This document shows positions 22,986-34,412 of a stretch of DNA of 64,000 nucleotides, piece after piece. The translations under genes were made by a program, and so were the position numbers. The DNA comes from an uncultured Gemmatimonadales bacterium (lineage in GTDB: Bacteria; Gemmatimonadota; Gemmatimonadetes; Longimicrobiales; RSA9): contig CAWCRS010000007.1 of NCBI GenBank assembly GCA_963798085.1, positions 1,312,001-1,376,000 on the forward strand, given 5' to 3'. Position 1 is the stretch's first letter. Every line of letters starts with the position of its first letter. Below the pieces are notes generated by a model. That model had not been told where the DNA came from and searched no databases. It worked only from the letters and a program-made list of their open reading frames with translations.

Positions 22986-23597
22986 TCAGGAGAAAAGATC
23001 CAGCCACAGCGTGCGCGGACCCAGCTTCGGAATACGTCGCGGCCAGCGCCGCTCCGCGCGCTTGCGACGCAAACGCTCGCGAACCGCCTGCCTCGCCAGC
23101 TCGGGCAGACTCGCCAGCGCATCGTCCAGCGTACACTGCTGCACCGTCCAGGCGTGCAACGAACGGTCCAGCGCATCCAGGCCACCGGCCATTTCCGTCA
23201 GCACGCGCACATCATCGGGGAGCGTGCAGCCGCCGGCCAGCGCCTGCACCTGCGATGCGAACAGGTCGCCCAGCGGCAGCAGCGGCTCGACCGGCGTCCA
23301 GCGCGCCAGCAGCAGCGTGGTGCGATTCGCCGGGTGCGCCAGCAGCCAGTCGTGCTGCTTCGCCTGCAGCCTGGCTTTCGCCCTGCGCATCTCCTCGTCG
23401 TCGTCCGCCGCCGCCGGCGCCGGGTGCACGGTGCCGGCGGGCAGCGCAGCCACAGCCCACGCGGTCGCCAGCACACCTTCCGGCGAGGTCGCATCCAGCA
23501 CGAGCAGCCCCGCACAACCTGCGTCTTCCACCGCCTGGCGGATCACGCCGCCAATGACATTCCCCAACCGCTCACGCCGTTGGTGCGCGTTCGTCAC
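22986..23597 (-). CDS. Degenerate NAD synthetase (NadE)-like protein lacking the PP-loop
   Basis: PANRTTLLL, PLGDLFASQV and IPKLGPRT resemble NadE motifs TxNKxExxxG, PIGDLYKTQV and the C-terminus. No SGGxDS. Overlaps the stop codon of the upstream nitrilase-family gene. Confidence 0.6.
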   Translation of the reverse strand: MTNAHQRRERLGNVIGGVIRQAVEDAGCAGLLVLDATSPEGVLATAWAVAALPAGTVHPAPAAADDDEEMRRAKARLQAKQHDWLLAHPANRTTLLLARWTPVEPLLPLGDLFASQVQALAGGCTLPDDVRVLTEMAGGLDALDRSLHAWTVQQCTLDDALASLPELARQAVRERLRRKRAERRWPRRIPKLGPRTLWLDLFS

Positions 23598-24443
23598 TGC
23601 GAGAGCGCCTGCAGAAGCCTGGCCGTCAGCCGCGGATCATCATCGCGAGCGTGCGAGTACGGCGAGCGTGCGCGACGCAACGCATCCACGCTCAACTCCG
23701 CCGCGATCACGGTCTCGGCATCGCCCGCCTGCGCCACGACACTCCCATCCGGCGCGACGATCAGCGAGCCACCCGCGAAAGTCACCCCGCCTTCGACACC
23801 CGTGCGATTCGCCAGCGCCACCCAAATGCCATACAGCTCCGCGGTCGCCTGCGCGATTCGTTGCCATGAGACTGTGGACGCGAAGCGGCTGGCGTCTTCG
23901 CCGCCCTGCCAGACGCCGCGGCCGGGCGCCGCGGCCGCAACCAGCAGCACGTGGATGCCGGCGCTGGCCAGCACGTACGCAAGGCCGGGGTGCCAGAAAT
24001 CCTCGCACACCAGCATGCCAATGCGCCACGCGCGGTACGACCACGGTTCGAGCGCACTGCCTCGACCCCAGAAGCGACCCTCATCGAACATGCCGTATGT
24101 CGGAAGATACAGCTTCCGGTGCCTCGCCTGCACCTCGCCACCCACCAGTGCCACCAGCGCGTTGTACACCACGCTGCGCTCGTCACGCTCGGCCAGGCCC
24201 ACAACCAACGCGGGCGAGGTCGTGTCGAACGCACGGGTCAGCGTGAGCGGGATGTCCCGGATGCACCGGGCACGACAGGTGCATCGCATCATCGCCAAGG
24301 TCGTAGCCGGTCACGGACAGCTCGGGCGTGAGCACGACATGCGCCCCGCTGTTCCGGCTCTGTGCGACGATGCGCTCGATGTTCGCGGCGGGCTCCGCGA
24401 AGCGGGGCGCGAACTGGAAGATCTCGAGGCGAAGCGGTTCCAT
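23594..24443 (-). CDS. Nitrilase-family carbon-nitrogen hydrolase (NAD-synthetase glutaminase-subunit-like); one frameshift near 24255
   Basis: Catalytic triad E (TPELSVTGY), K ([16 protein letters not shown]), C (VCEDFW); also ANRTG and FAGGS. Confidence 0.85.
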
Positions 24444-24561
24444 GAACCCGGAGTCGAATGAGGCAATGGCTGCCAGCGCGACGACCGTAATCCGGAAGCC
24501 GCGTGCCGCTAGTGACAGCGACAGACTGCGGACCCGCCACCTTGCGGGTCAAGCGCACGGT

Positions 24562-24591
24562 TTGACGTCGGCCGCGCCGCCGGGGTACCTT
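24562..24591 (+). promoter_or_regulatory. Putative sigma70 promoter of murA
   Basis: TTGACG-N18-TACCTT. Confidence 0.45.
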
Positions 24592-24639
24592 CCCGCAACA
24601 CGCGCGTTCTCCATCGCCGAAGCGGACCCGCACAGCGAC

Positions 24640-25917
24640 ATGCCTGCCTACATCGTGGAGGGCGGTCAGCCCATCTCCGGCACGGTGCGGCCCGCGGGCA
24701 ACAAGAACGCGGCCCTGCCCGCACTCGCCGCCGCACTGCTCACCAGAGACGACGTTCTTCTGGAAAACGTGCCCCACATCGGCGACGTTCGCACCATGCT
24801 GGAACTGCTGCGGCACCTGGGCGCGGATGTCGAGTGGGTCGCGCACAACAGTGTACGCATCCGCGCCGAGAACGTGTACAGCCCGACGCTCGAGAGTGCG
24901 CTGGCCGCGCGCATCCGCGCGTCCATCCTGCTGGCGGGTCCATTGCTCGCACGGGCCGGCCGCGTCCAGCTGCCGCCGCCGGGGGGCGACGTCATTGGAC
25001 GGCGTCGCCTGGACACCCACCTGCTGGCGCTGCAGCGCCTGGGCGCAACCATCGAGCAGGGTCCGCCGTTGCTCATGCGCGCCGATCGCCTGCAGGGCGC
25101 CGATATCTTTCTCGATGAGCCCAGCGTTACGGGCACGGAGAACGCCATCATGGCCGCCGTGCTCGCGCGCGGTACCTCCCGCCTGCGCAACGCCGCCGCC
25201 GAGCCGCACGTGCAGGACCTGTGTCTGCTGCTGAGCCGCATGGGTGCGCGCATCGATGGTGTGGGCACACACGTGCTCGAGATCGAAGGCGTCGACGAGC
25301 TGCACGGCGTCACACACAGCCTGGACAGCGATCATATCGAGGTCGGGTCCTTCATCGCGCTGGCCGCGGTGACGCATGGCGAGCTGACCATCGAGGATGC
25401 CGCCGTGTCGCATCTCGATTCCACACTGCTCGGCTTCGAACGGCTGGGCATCACCTGCGAAGTGCGCGGTCCGGACCTCTACGTCCCCGCCGACCAGTCG
25501 CTCTGCGTGCGTACCGACGCGGGTGGACACATTCCCAAGATCGACGACGGGCCCTGGCCCGCGTTCCCGGCAGACCTCACCTCCATTGCCCTCATTGTGG
25601 CAACACAGTGCCGCGGCACCGTGCTCATTTTCGAGAAGATGTTCGAGTCGCGCATGTTCTTCGCCGACAAGGTCATCTCGATGGGCGCGCAGATCGTGCT
25701 CTGCGATCCCCATCGCGCCGTCGTGGTGGGTCCGTCGCGCCTCAAAGGGGGTATCGTGGAGAGTCCGGACATTCGCGCGGGCATGGCGCTGCTCATTGCC
25801 GCGCTCTGCGCGGACGGACAGAGCCGCATTCACAACATCGGCCAGATCGAGCGCGGCTACGAACGCATCGACGATCGTCTGCGCGCACTGGGCGCGCGTA
25901 TCGAGCGCACGGACTGA
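24640..25917 (+). CDS. murA: UDP-N-acetylglucosamine 1-carboxyvinyltransferase
   Basis: [61 protein letters not shown]. Confidence 0.96.
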   Translation: MPAYIVEGGQPISGTVRPAGNKNAALPALAAALLTRDDVLLENVPHIGDVRTMLELLRHLGADVEWVAHNSVRIRAENVYSPTLESALAARIRASILLAGPLLARAGRVQLPPPGGDVIGRRRLDTHLLALQRLGATIEQGPPLLMRADRLQGADIFLDEPSVTGTENAIMAAVLARGTSRLRNAAAEPHVQDLCLLLSRMGARIDGVGTHVLEIEGVDELHGVTHSLDSDHIEVGSFIALAAVTHGELTIEDAAVSHLDSTLLGFERLGITCEVRGPDLYVPADQSLCVRTDAGGHIPKIDDGPWPAFPADLTSIALIVATQCRGTVLIFEKMFESRMFFADKVISMGAQIVLCDPHRAVVVGPSRLKGGIVESPDIRAGMALLIAALCADGQSRIHNIGQIERGYERIDDRLRALGARIERTD

Positions 25918-25932
25918 TCCATCGGAGACTGC

Positions 25933-26400
25933 ATGAACGACGAGAAGCGCAGGAGCGAGCCGGGCGACACGATGCGCGATGGCGTGCGCTCCATTCTCGG
26001 CGTTCTGGGCGCGCTGAAGGATGCGGTCGAAGAAACATTCGACGATCTGACGCGCACGCCCGAGCCCGCCAGCGAAGAGCAGCAGCATGCGCGCGATGAT
26101 GCGCGCGACACGTTGCGCCGGGCGCAGGAAACCGTGCAGGAGAAGATGGACGAGATGCGCGGCCGGCTCGATTTCGTCACTCGCCGCGAATTCGATGCGC
26201 TGGAAGAGAAAATTGCGGCGCTGAGCACGCGGCTCGATGCGTTGGAGAAGAACGGCGCCGCAGTGAACGCGGCCGCGCCGTCGCCCGACGATGCGACGGA
26301 ATCCGGCCCGCGCGACGACGGCGCCGCCCCCGCGCCGGACCAGAACGAGGATCAGCCCGGGCAGGCCGGCCCGACGAAGTTCCGCTTCGAGGTCGAGTGA
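25933..26400 (+). CDS. UbiK/BMFP- or phasin-like coiled-coil protein
   Basis: LDFVTRREFDAL followed by a coiled coil; low-complexity tail. Confidence 0.55.
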   Translation: MNDEKRRSEPGDTMRDGVRSILGVLGALKDAVEETFDDLTRTPEPASEEQQHARDDARDTLRRAQETVQEKMDEMRGRLDFVTRREFDALEEKIAALSTRLDALEKNGAAVNAAAPSPDDATESGPRDDGAAPAPDQNEDQPGQAGPTKFRFEVE

Positions 26401-27194
26401 ATCCAGCCGTCACGCAGCGCACTTCAGACGCACTGCGCCAGGTTACCGAGACTGACGCTCCCACCGAAACGCCTCTGCTGGTTCATCCGGAATGGCAGCA
26501 CAGCATGCCCTGGCTGGCGCAGGGAATCACCTGGCGGGGCACCGGCGAACCCTGGGATATGGGTCTCTTCGGCGCGGTTCCCGTCGGCCATGCCAACAAC
26601 CGCTGGCGGAAGTTGCGCACGGATCTCGGATTTCCCGGCGTCGTCCACGCCCGGCAGGTGCACGGCACGCGCGTTCACGCGCACGCGAACGTGCCACCCG
26701 GCCTGCTGATCATGGAAGGCGACGATGCGCATGCCACGGCCTGCCCGGGAATCCTGCTCACCGTCTCCGTCGCCGACTGCATTCCGGTTTCGCTCGTCGA
26801 TCCTGAGCGCCGTGTCATCGCGTTGCTGCACGCCGGGTGGCGTGGTGTCGCCGGCGGCATGATCGAAAGCGGGATCGCCGCGCTGCAGGCCATGGGATCC
26901 GCGCCCGCCGCGCTGAAGCTGCACCTGGGTCCCGCCATCTGTGGGCTTTGCTACGAAGTGGGACCCGAGGTCCATGCACAGCTGGGCCTGCCCGTACCAC
27001 CCGCTCCGGAGCCTGTCGACATTCGCGCCGTGGCAGCCGCACGCGCGCGGCACGCAGGCCTGCCGTCGGCCGCGATAACCGTCTCGGCGCTCTGTCCGCG
27101 CTGCGCACCGGAACGCTTCTTCTCGCACCGCGCCGGATCCGCCGGCCGGCAGATCGGCGTGCTCGGCATACGCACCGACCCCGGCCATGGCTGA
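26397..27194 (+). CDS. pgeF: YfiH/PgeF family (purine nucleoside phosphorylase / peptidoglycan editing factor)
   Basis: QVHG, VADCIPV, HAGWRG, GPAICGLCYEVG, FFSHR. Confidence 0.9.
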   Translation: MNPAVTQRTSDALRQVTETDAPTETPLLVHPEWQHSMPWLAQGITWRGTGEPWDMGLFGAVPVGHANNRWRKLRTDLGFPGVVHARQVHGTRVHAHANVPPGLLIMEGDDAHATACPGILLTVSVADCIPVSLVDPERRVIALLHAGWRGVAGGMIESGIAALQAMGSAPAALKLHLGPAICGLCYEVGPEVHAQLGLPVPPAPEPVDIRAVAAARARHAGLPSAAITVSALCPRCAPERFFSHRAGSAGRQIGVLGIRTDPGHG

Positions 27195-27420
27195 ACGATC
27201 GGGCCCGTCTCCCGGGCTCTGCGCCACCTGCCGCTACAGCCGCCGCATCGTGAGCGGAAAAGGCTCCACGTTCCTGCTCTGCGAGCGATCGCGCACGGAC
27301 GCGTCCTTCCCGCGCTATCCCGGTTTGCCGGTGCTGCACTGCCGAGGGTACGTCCGTGTCCCGGAAACGGTCCCAGATCACGCCACCGATCCCGTCATTC
27401 GCAGCCGTGAGGAAACGTGA
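27187..27420 (+). CDS. Small Cys-rich hypothetical protein (possible metal binding)
   Basis: GLCATC...FLLC...PRYPGLPVLHC. Start and stop overlap both neighbouring genes. Confidence 0.65.
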   Translation: MAERSGPSPGLCATCRYSRRIVSGKGSTFLLCERSRTDASFPRYPGLPVLHCRGYVRVPETVPDHATDPVIRSREET

Positions 27421-27691
27421 GCGCCCCGTTCCACATTGCCCGCTCGGCCGTGCGCGGGATCAGGCTGGAACCGGCCGAATTTCGGCTGCAGTGGAGGGCA
27501 CTAACGACGTGCTCGATGGTATCACCCGGCAAGTCCGGATCCACGCACACTATACACTGCGTATCCCGGCCGGAACCCGCGAGGCTGCGGACCGGGCGCT
27601 GGCAAGGCACCGAGATCGCTGCCCGACAGCGCAGAGTCTCATGGGAAGCGTAGCCGTGGAATGGTCCGCCAATGTGAGCGAGAGCGTCTAA
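27417..27691 (+). pseudogene. OsmC/Ohr-like protein, short and frameshifted (about 27480)
   Basis: RGIRL..VEG..IHAHYTL..ADRALARHRDRCPTAQSL is an OsmC-like C-half. The first catalytic Cys region is absent. Confidence 0.55.
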
Positions 27692-27705
27692 CAGCGGCCT
27701 CGAAA

Positions 27706-27725
27706 CGAGCCGGGAAACCGGCTCG
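27706..27725. other. GC hairpin with GAAA tetraloop after the OsmC-like gene
   Basis: CGAGCCGG-GAAA-CCGGCTCG. Confidence 0.5.
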
Positions 27726-27730
27726 GCGGG

Positions 27731-27759
27731 TTGCGCGGTAATGCGCTGTTCGCTAATAT
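27731..27759 (+). promoter_or_regulatory. Putative sigma70 promoter of the rimP-nusA-infB operon
   Basis: TTGCGC-N17-TAATAT. Confidence 0.6.
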
Positions 27760-27796
27760 CGAAGGCAGCAAATTTCGGCCGGCGGGCTGGCCGCGG

Positions 27797-27825
27797 AAGT
27801 GGGGGATGGACCCCCACTTTTTTAT
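27797..27825 (+). promoter_or_regulatory. rimP leader (terminator-like attenuator hairpin)
   Basis: AAGTGGGGG-ATGGA-CCCCCACTT plus T-run in the 5' leader of rimP. Confidence 0.7.
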
Positions 27826-27885
27826 TGGCGGCTCCTCAACCGGATGCGGACGCGAAGCCGCGCGCCGGGAAGCGAGTCGCTGGTG

Positions 27886-28380
27886 ATGGTGATGGGGGAC
27901 GACGGCGAGTTGGAAAGACAGCTCGAAGAACGCGTGGCCGGACTCGGCTACGAGTTCGTCGAGCTGGAACGCGCGGGCTCGAAGTCAAGGCCGATCCTGC
28001 GGGTGCGCATCGACCGCCCCGGATCGGCGCCCGGGAAGGGTGTCTCGCTCGACGACTGCGCACGTGTGAGTCGCGAGCTGGAATCCTTCCTCGACACCCA
28101 CGACGCGGTGGGTGAGCGGTACGTGCTCGAGGTCTCCTCGCCCGGCGTGGAGCGGCCCCTCGTGCGACGCGCCGACTTCGAGCGCTACGCGGGTCGCGAA
28201 ATCGCCGTCGTTGGCAAGGTACCGCTGGCGGAGCGAAACCGCCGACTGGAGGGCGAACTGGTCGGCATCTCCGGCGAAGGCGCCGCAGAACAGATCTCGC
28301 TCCGCCTGGGCAATGGTGACGTGGTGGCGATTCCTCGCGCGGACATTACGCGCGCACACCTCGTCTTCCACTGGCCCTGA
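27886..28380 (+). CDS. rimP: Ribosome maturation factor RimP
   Basis: LRVRID, SLDDCARVSR, YVLEVSSPGVERPL. Confidence 0.95.
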   Translation: MVMGDDGELERQLEERVAGLGYEFVELERAGSKSRPILRVRIDRPGSAPGKGVSLDDCARVSRELESFLDTHDAVGERYVLEVSSPGVERPLVRRADFERYAGREIAVVGKVPLAERNRRLEGELVGISGEGAAEQISLRLGNGDVVAIPRADITRAHLVFHWP

Positions 28381-28421
28381 GTCCGCTGGCCCGGCGGACC
28401 CGGGACCGTGGTGGACACAAC

Positions 28422-29876
28422 ATGGGGATTGCGATGCAGGTGCTGGCAGCGTTTCGCGAAATGATCGCGAACAAGAACCTGTCCCGGGCGGACCTGCATG
28501 ATCTCATCAAGGATGGGATCATGGCGGCGCTCGCCCGTCGCTACGGCCCCACGGTCGAGGCGGAGGTCGTGATCGATGAGGAAGCGGGCGACATCAGGAT
28601 TACCGTGCTGAAGGAAGTCGTCGCCGAAGTCGAGGATGCGGCACGCCAGGTTTCTCTCGAAGAGGCACAGTGGGACGATCCCGATTTCGAAGTGGGTGAT
28701 GTGCTCGAGATTCCCGTCGACTTCGCACAGTTCGGACGCAACGCGGTGATGGCTGCCAAGCAGCGCATTATCCAGCGCGTCCGCGAAGGCGAGCGCAACA
28801 AGATCCGCGACGAGTTCGCCGGCAAGGTGGGTGATCTGCTGAGCGGCGAAGTGCAGCAGATCGAGCGCGGCAAGATCGTCGTCATGCTGAACAAGGCCAG
28901 AGAGGCGGAAGCCATCATCCCGTGGAAGGAGCAGAATCCACGCGAACGGTTCCGCCAGGGCGAGTCCATTCGCGCCGTGCTCAAGAAAGTGGAAGAGACA
29001 CCCAAGGGTCCACGTCTCATCCTGTCGCGCGCGGATCCGCTTTTCGTCGAGGCGCTGTTCAAGCTCGAGGTGCCCGAGATCTACCAGGGCATTGTCGAAG
29101 TGAAGGGCATTGCGCGGGAAGTGGGTGGCCGCACCAAGTGCGCGGTGTATTCACGCGATGATTCCATCGACCCGGTGGGCGCGTGCGTGGGCCTCAAGGG
29201 CGCACGCGTGCAGGCCGTGGTCAGTGAGCTGGGCGGCGAGCGCATCGACATCGTGCCCTGGCACCCGGACCCCGAGATCTTCGCGCGGCGCGCACTCGCG
29301 CCCGCCAAGGTCGCCAAGGTGCTGAGCGATTCGGGGCGGCGCGTCATCACCGCCATTGTCGACGAGGATCAGCTGTCTCTCGCCATCGGCAGGAACGGAC
29401 AGAACGTACGCCTGGCCAGTCAGCTCATTGGCTGGCAGATCGATCTGTACGGCAGCCGCGAGTGGCTCGAGCGCGGCGCGGACGCGGCGCTGTTCGGCGG
29501 CGCGGAGCCCGAATACGAAGTCGCGGATTTCCCGCTGCGCGAACTGGATCTGCCGCTGGGTACACTGGCGGCTCTGGAAACCGCTGGATATACTAGTTTT
29601 TTGGACATCATCGATCTTGAGAAAGAGGATCTGCTGCGCGTGCCCGGCCTGTCCGGCGAGCAGGCCGAGCAGGTGCTCCGGCTCATCGAGTCGCTGACGG
29701 TCGAAGAGGGCACCAGCGAAGAAGCCGCCACAGGTCCCAGCGCGGCCGACATGGCGGAAGCCCGCGAACTCGCAGCGGACATCCTCGCATTGAAGCCCGG
29801 CGATGATGCCATGAAGGACAGGCGACCACCGAACGGCGACGGACAGGCCGGAGCCGGGTCGGGGACGTCTTCATAA
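28422..29876 (+). CDS. nusA: Transcription factor NusA
   Basis: FGRNAVMAAKQ, LILSR, LEVPEI, DPVGACVG, LSLAIGRNGQNVRLA. Confidence 0.97.
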   Translation: MGIAMQVLAAFREMIANKNLSRADLHDLIKDGIMAALARRYGPTVEAEVVIDEEAGDIRITVLKEVVAEVEDAARQVSLEEAQWDDPDFEVGDVLEIPVDFAQFGRNAVMAAKQRIIQRVREGERNKIRDEFAGKVGDLLSGEVQQIERGKIVVMLNKAREAEAIIPWKEQNPRERFRQGESIRAVLKKVEETPKGPRLILSRADPLFVEALFKLEVPEIYQGIVEVKGIAREVGGRTKCAVYSRDDSIDPVGACVGLKGARVQAVVSELGGERIDIVPWHPDPEIFARRALAPAKVAKVLSDSGRRVITAIVDEDQLSLAIGRNGQNVRLASQLIGWQIDLYGSREWLERGADAALFGGAEPEYEVADFPLRELDLPLGTLAALETAGYTSFLDIIDLEKEDLLRVPGLSGEQAEQVLRLIESLTVEEGTSEEAATGPSAADMAEARELAADILALKPGDDAMKDRRPPNGDGQAGAGSGTSS

Positions 29877-29877
29877 C

Positions 29878-30195
29878 GTGGGTGAGCCGGTCCTGAGCCT
29901 CGTCGGGTTGGCGGCGCGGGCCGGTGCAGTGGTATCGGGCGTCGAACGCGTTCGGGAGGCGGCACGGGAAGGCCGCCTTCAGCTCGCGATCGTCGCCCGG
30001 GATGCATCTGCCAACACACGCGGGAAGCTGGTCCCGCTGCTGGCAGCCCGGGGAATCGTCTCGGCTGAGCGATTCGATCGGGGAACGCTCGGAGAGGCCG
30101 TCGGACGTGGCCCCGTCAGTGCTGTGGGCGTGACCGACGGTTCTTTCGCCATGCGGCTCCGGACGCTCCTCGGTATGGGCTCGGAAGAGGGTTGA
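29878..30195 (+). CDS. L7Ae/YlxQ family RNA-binding protein
   Basis: GLAARAGAVVSG, ARDASANT, LGEAVG; lies between nusA and infB. Confidence 0.85.
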   Translation: MGEPVLSLVGLAARAGAVVSGVERVREAAREGRLQLAIVARDASANTRGKLVPLLAARGIVSAERFDRGTLGEAVGRGPVSAVGVTDGSFAMRLRTLLGMGSEEG

Positions 30196-30204
30196 AGCAA
30201 CGAC

Positions 30205-32817
<2,613 letters not shown>

Positions 32818-32835
32818 CGCCGCGGACAAGGCCGA

Positions 32836-33117
32836 ATGGTGGTCGGCGTCATTGGCTGGGAACTCGAGGTTTACGGGGCCCAGTCCCTCAAGGAAAAGCG
32901 AAGTGTGGTGCGCAGCCTGAAGGAGAGGCTGCGCAACCGCTTCAACCTCTCCGTTGCCGAAACCGGCTTCAACGATCTCTGGCAACGCGCGGAAATCACG
33001 GCCTGCGTCGTCTCGAACGACCGGCGCCAGGCGGATTCCGTCCTCGAAAGCGCGGACCGATTCGTCCAGTCCGACCCGCGCGCCCGCATCATCCGCGCAG
33101 AGCGCAGCTTCCTGTGA
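32836..33117 (+). CDS. DUF503 (YlxP) family protein
   Basis: SLKEKRSVV, FNLSVAE, DLWQ; lies between infB and rbfA. Confidence 0.88.
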   Translation: MVVGVIGWELEVYGAQSLKEKRSVVRSLKERLRNRFNLSVAETGFNDLWQRAEITACVVSNDRRQADSVLESADRFVQSDPRARIIRAERSFL

Positions 33118-33148
33118 CGCCACGCGCTGAAAGCGCCTCGAGCCGCCC

Positions 33149-33538
33149 ATGACTTCCCGACGCACCGAACGCCTCAATGAGCAGTTCAGGCGGGAACTGA
33201 TGGACATCCTGCGTCACGAGTTGCGCGACCCGCGCGTGGGATCCGTGACCGTGACGCAGGTCGAGGTGAGCGCCAACCTCTATCACGCACGGGTTTACCT
33301 CACCACGCTCACGCCAGATGCCGAGCGGGAGCCCATGCTCGAAGGGCTCAGGGCCGCGCGTCCCTTCATCCGGCGCGAGCTGGGCCGCCGCCTGCACATC
33401 CGGCGGGTGCCCGAGATCGACTTCGAATGGGACTCGACGCTCGACCGGGCCCGCCGCATCGAAAAGCTGCTCGCCGAGGTGCGACCCGACGAAGGGCCAG
33501 GGCCTCCGGAGCCGGACGAGCCTCCCGTCGATGAGTGA
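33149..33538 (+). CDS. rbfA: Ribosome-binding factor A
   Basis: RRTERL, LRDPRV, RRVPEIDFEWD. Confidence 0.95.
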   Translation: MTSRRTERLNEQFRRELMDILRHELRDPRVGSVTVTQVEVSANLYHARVYLTTLTPDAEREPMLEGLRAARPFIRRELGRRLHIRRVPEIDFEWDSTLDRARRIEKLLAEVRPDEGPGPPEPDEPPVDE

Positions 33539-34412
33539 ACGACCCCGGGCGGGACTGCTTCCGGTGGACAAGCCAGCGGGTCCCACGTCCCATGACGTGG
33601 TGGCGGCTGCACGACGCGCTCTCGGCGAACGGCGCATGGGACACACCGGAACGCTCGATCCGTTTGCCTCCGGCCTGTTGCTGCTGTGCGTGGGCTCCGC
33701 CACCCGACTCGCGGAGTATCTCGGTGACTTCCCCAAGACTTATTGCGCCGTGATGCGCCTGGGTGCCGCCACCGACACGGACGACATCGCGGGTACCGTG
33801 ATCGCCAGCGACAATGCGTGGCGCGCACTCGACGAGCCGGCTCTGCGCCGGGCTCTCAATACACAAGTGGGTGAGATAGACCAGGTGCCGCCCGCCTACT
33901 CGGCCAAGAAACTTGCCGGCGAGCGCGCCTATCGCATGGCCAGGCGAGGCGAGACCGTGGTACTCGACCCGGTCAGGGTCACGGTCCATGCAATCACGAT
34001 CGTCGGATTCCGTTTGCCGGATGTCGAATTCGAAATCACTTGCGGTAGTGGTACCTATATTCGCGCTATTGCAAGAGATATTGGCCTGTGCGTCGGAAGT
34101 CACGCGCACCTCGTGAGCCTGCGCCGCACGTGCATTGGACCGCACCGGGTGGAGACTGCGATCCCGCTCGATTGCCTGACCGATGCCGCTGCAGTGGAGC
34201 GCGCGTGGATTCCGCCGCTGGAGGCAATCGCGCATCTGCCGCTCCTGCGTGTCGAACCGGATCAGGCGACGAAGCTGCTTCATGGCGCCGGCGTGATGGC
34301 GGCGACGTCGTCGCCTGAAGGCCGTGTGGCCGTTGTGTGTGAGGACCGGCTGGTGGCGATCGCGGAGCACCACGGCGGATTGATCAAGCCGCGCAAGGTG
34401 TTCCCCGAATGA
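33531..34412 (+). CDS. truB: tRNA pseudouridine(55) synthase
   Basis: DKPAGPTSHDVV, GHTGTLDPFASG, QVPPAYSA, CGSGTYIR. Confidence 0.96.
   Translation: MSERPRAGLLPVDKPAGPTSHDVVAAARRALGERRMGHTGTLDPFASGLLLLCVGSATRLAEYLGDFPKTYCAVMRLGAATDTDDIAGTVIASDNAWRALDEPALRRALNTQVGEIDQVPPAYSAKKLAGERAYRMARRGETVVLDPVRVTVHAITIVGFRLPDVEFEITCGSGTYIRAIARDIGLCVGSHAHLVSLRRTCIGPHRVETAIPLDCLTDAAAVERAWIPPLEAIAHLPLLRVEPDQATKLLHGAGVMAATSSPEGRVAVVCEDRLVAIAEHHGGLIKPRKVFPE

Noticed and set aside
22530..24461. 643-aa plus-strand ORF
   Set aside because: Ser/Ala/Arg-rich shadow of the minus-strand operon, which carries the real motifs.
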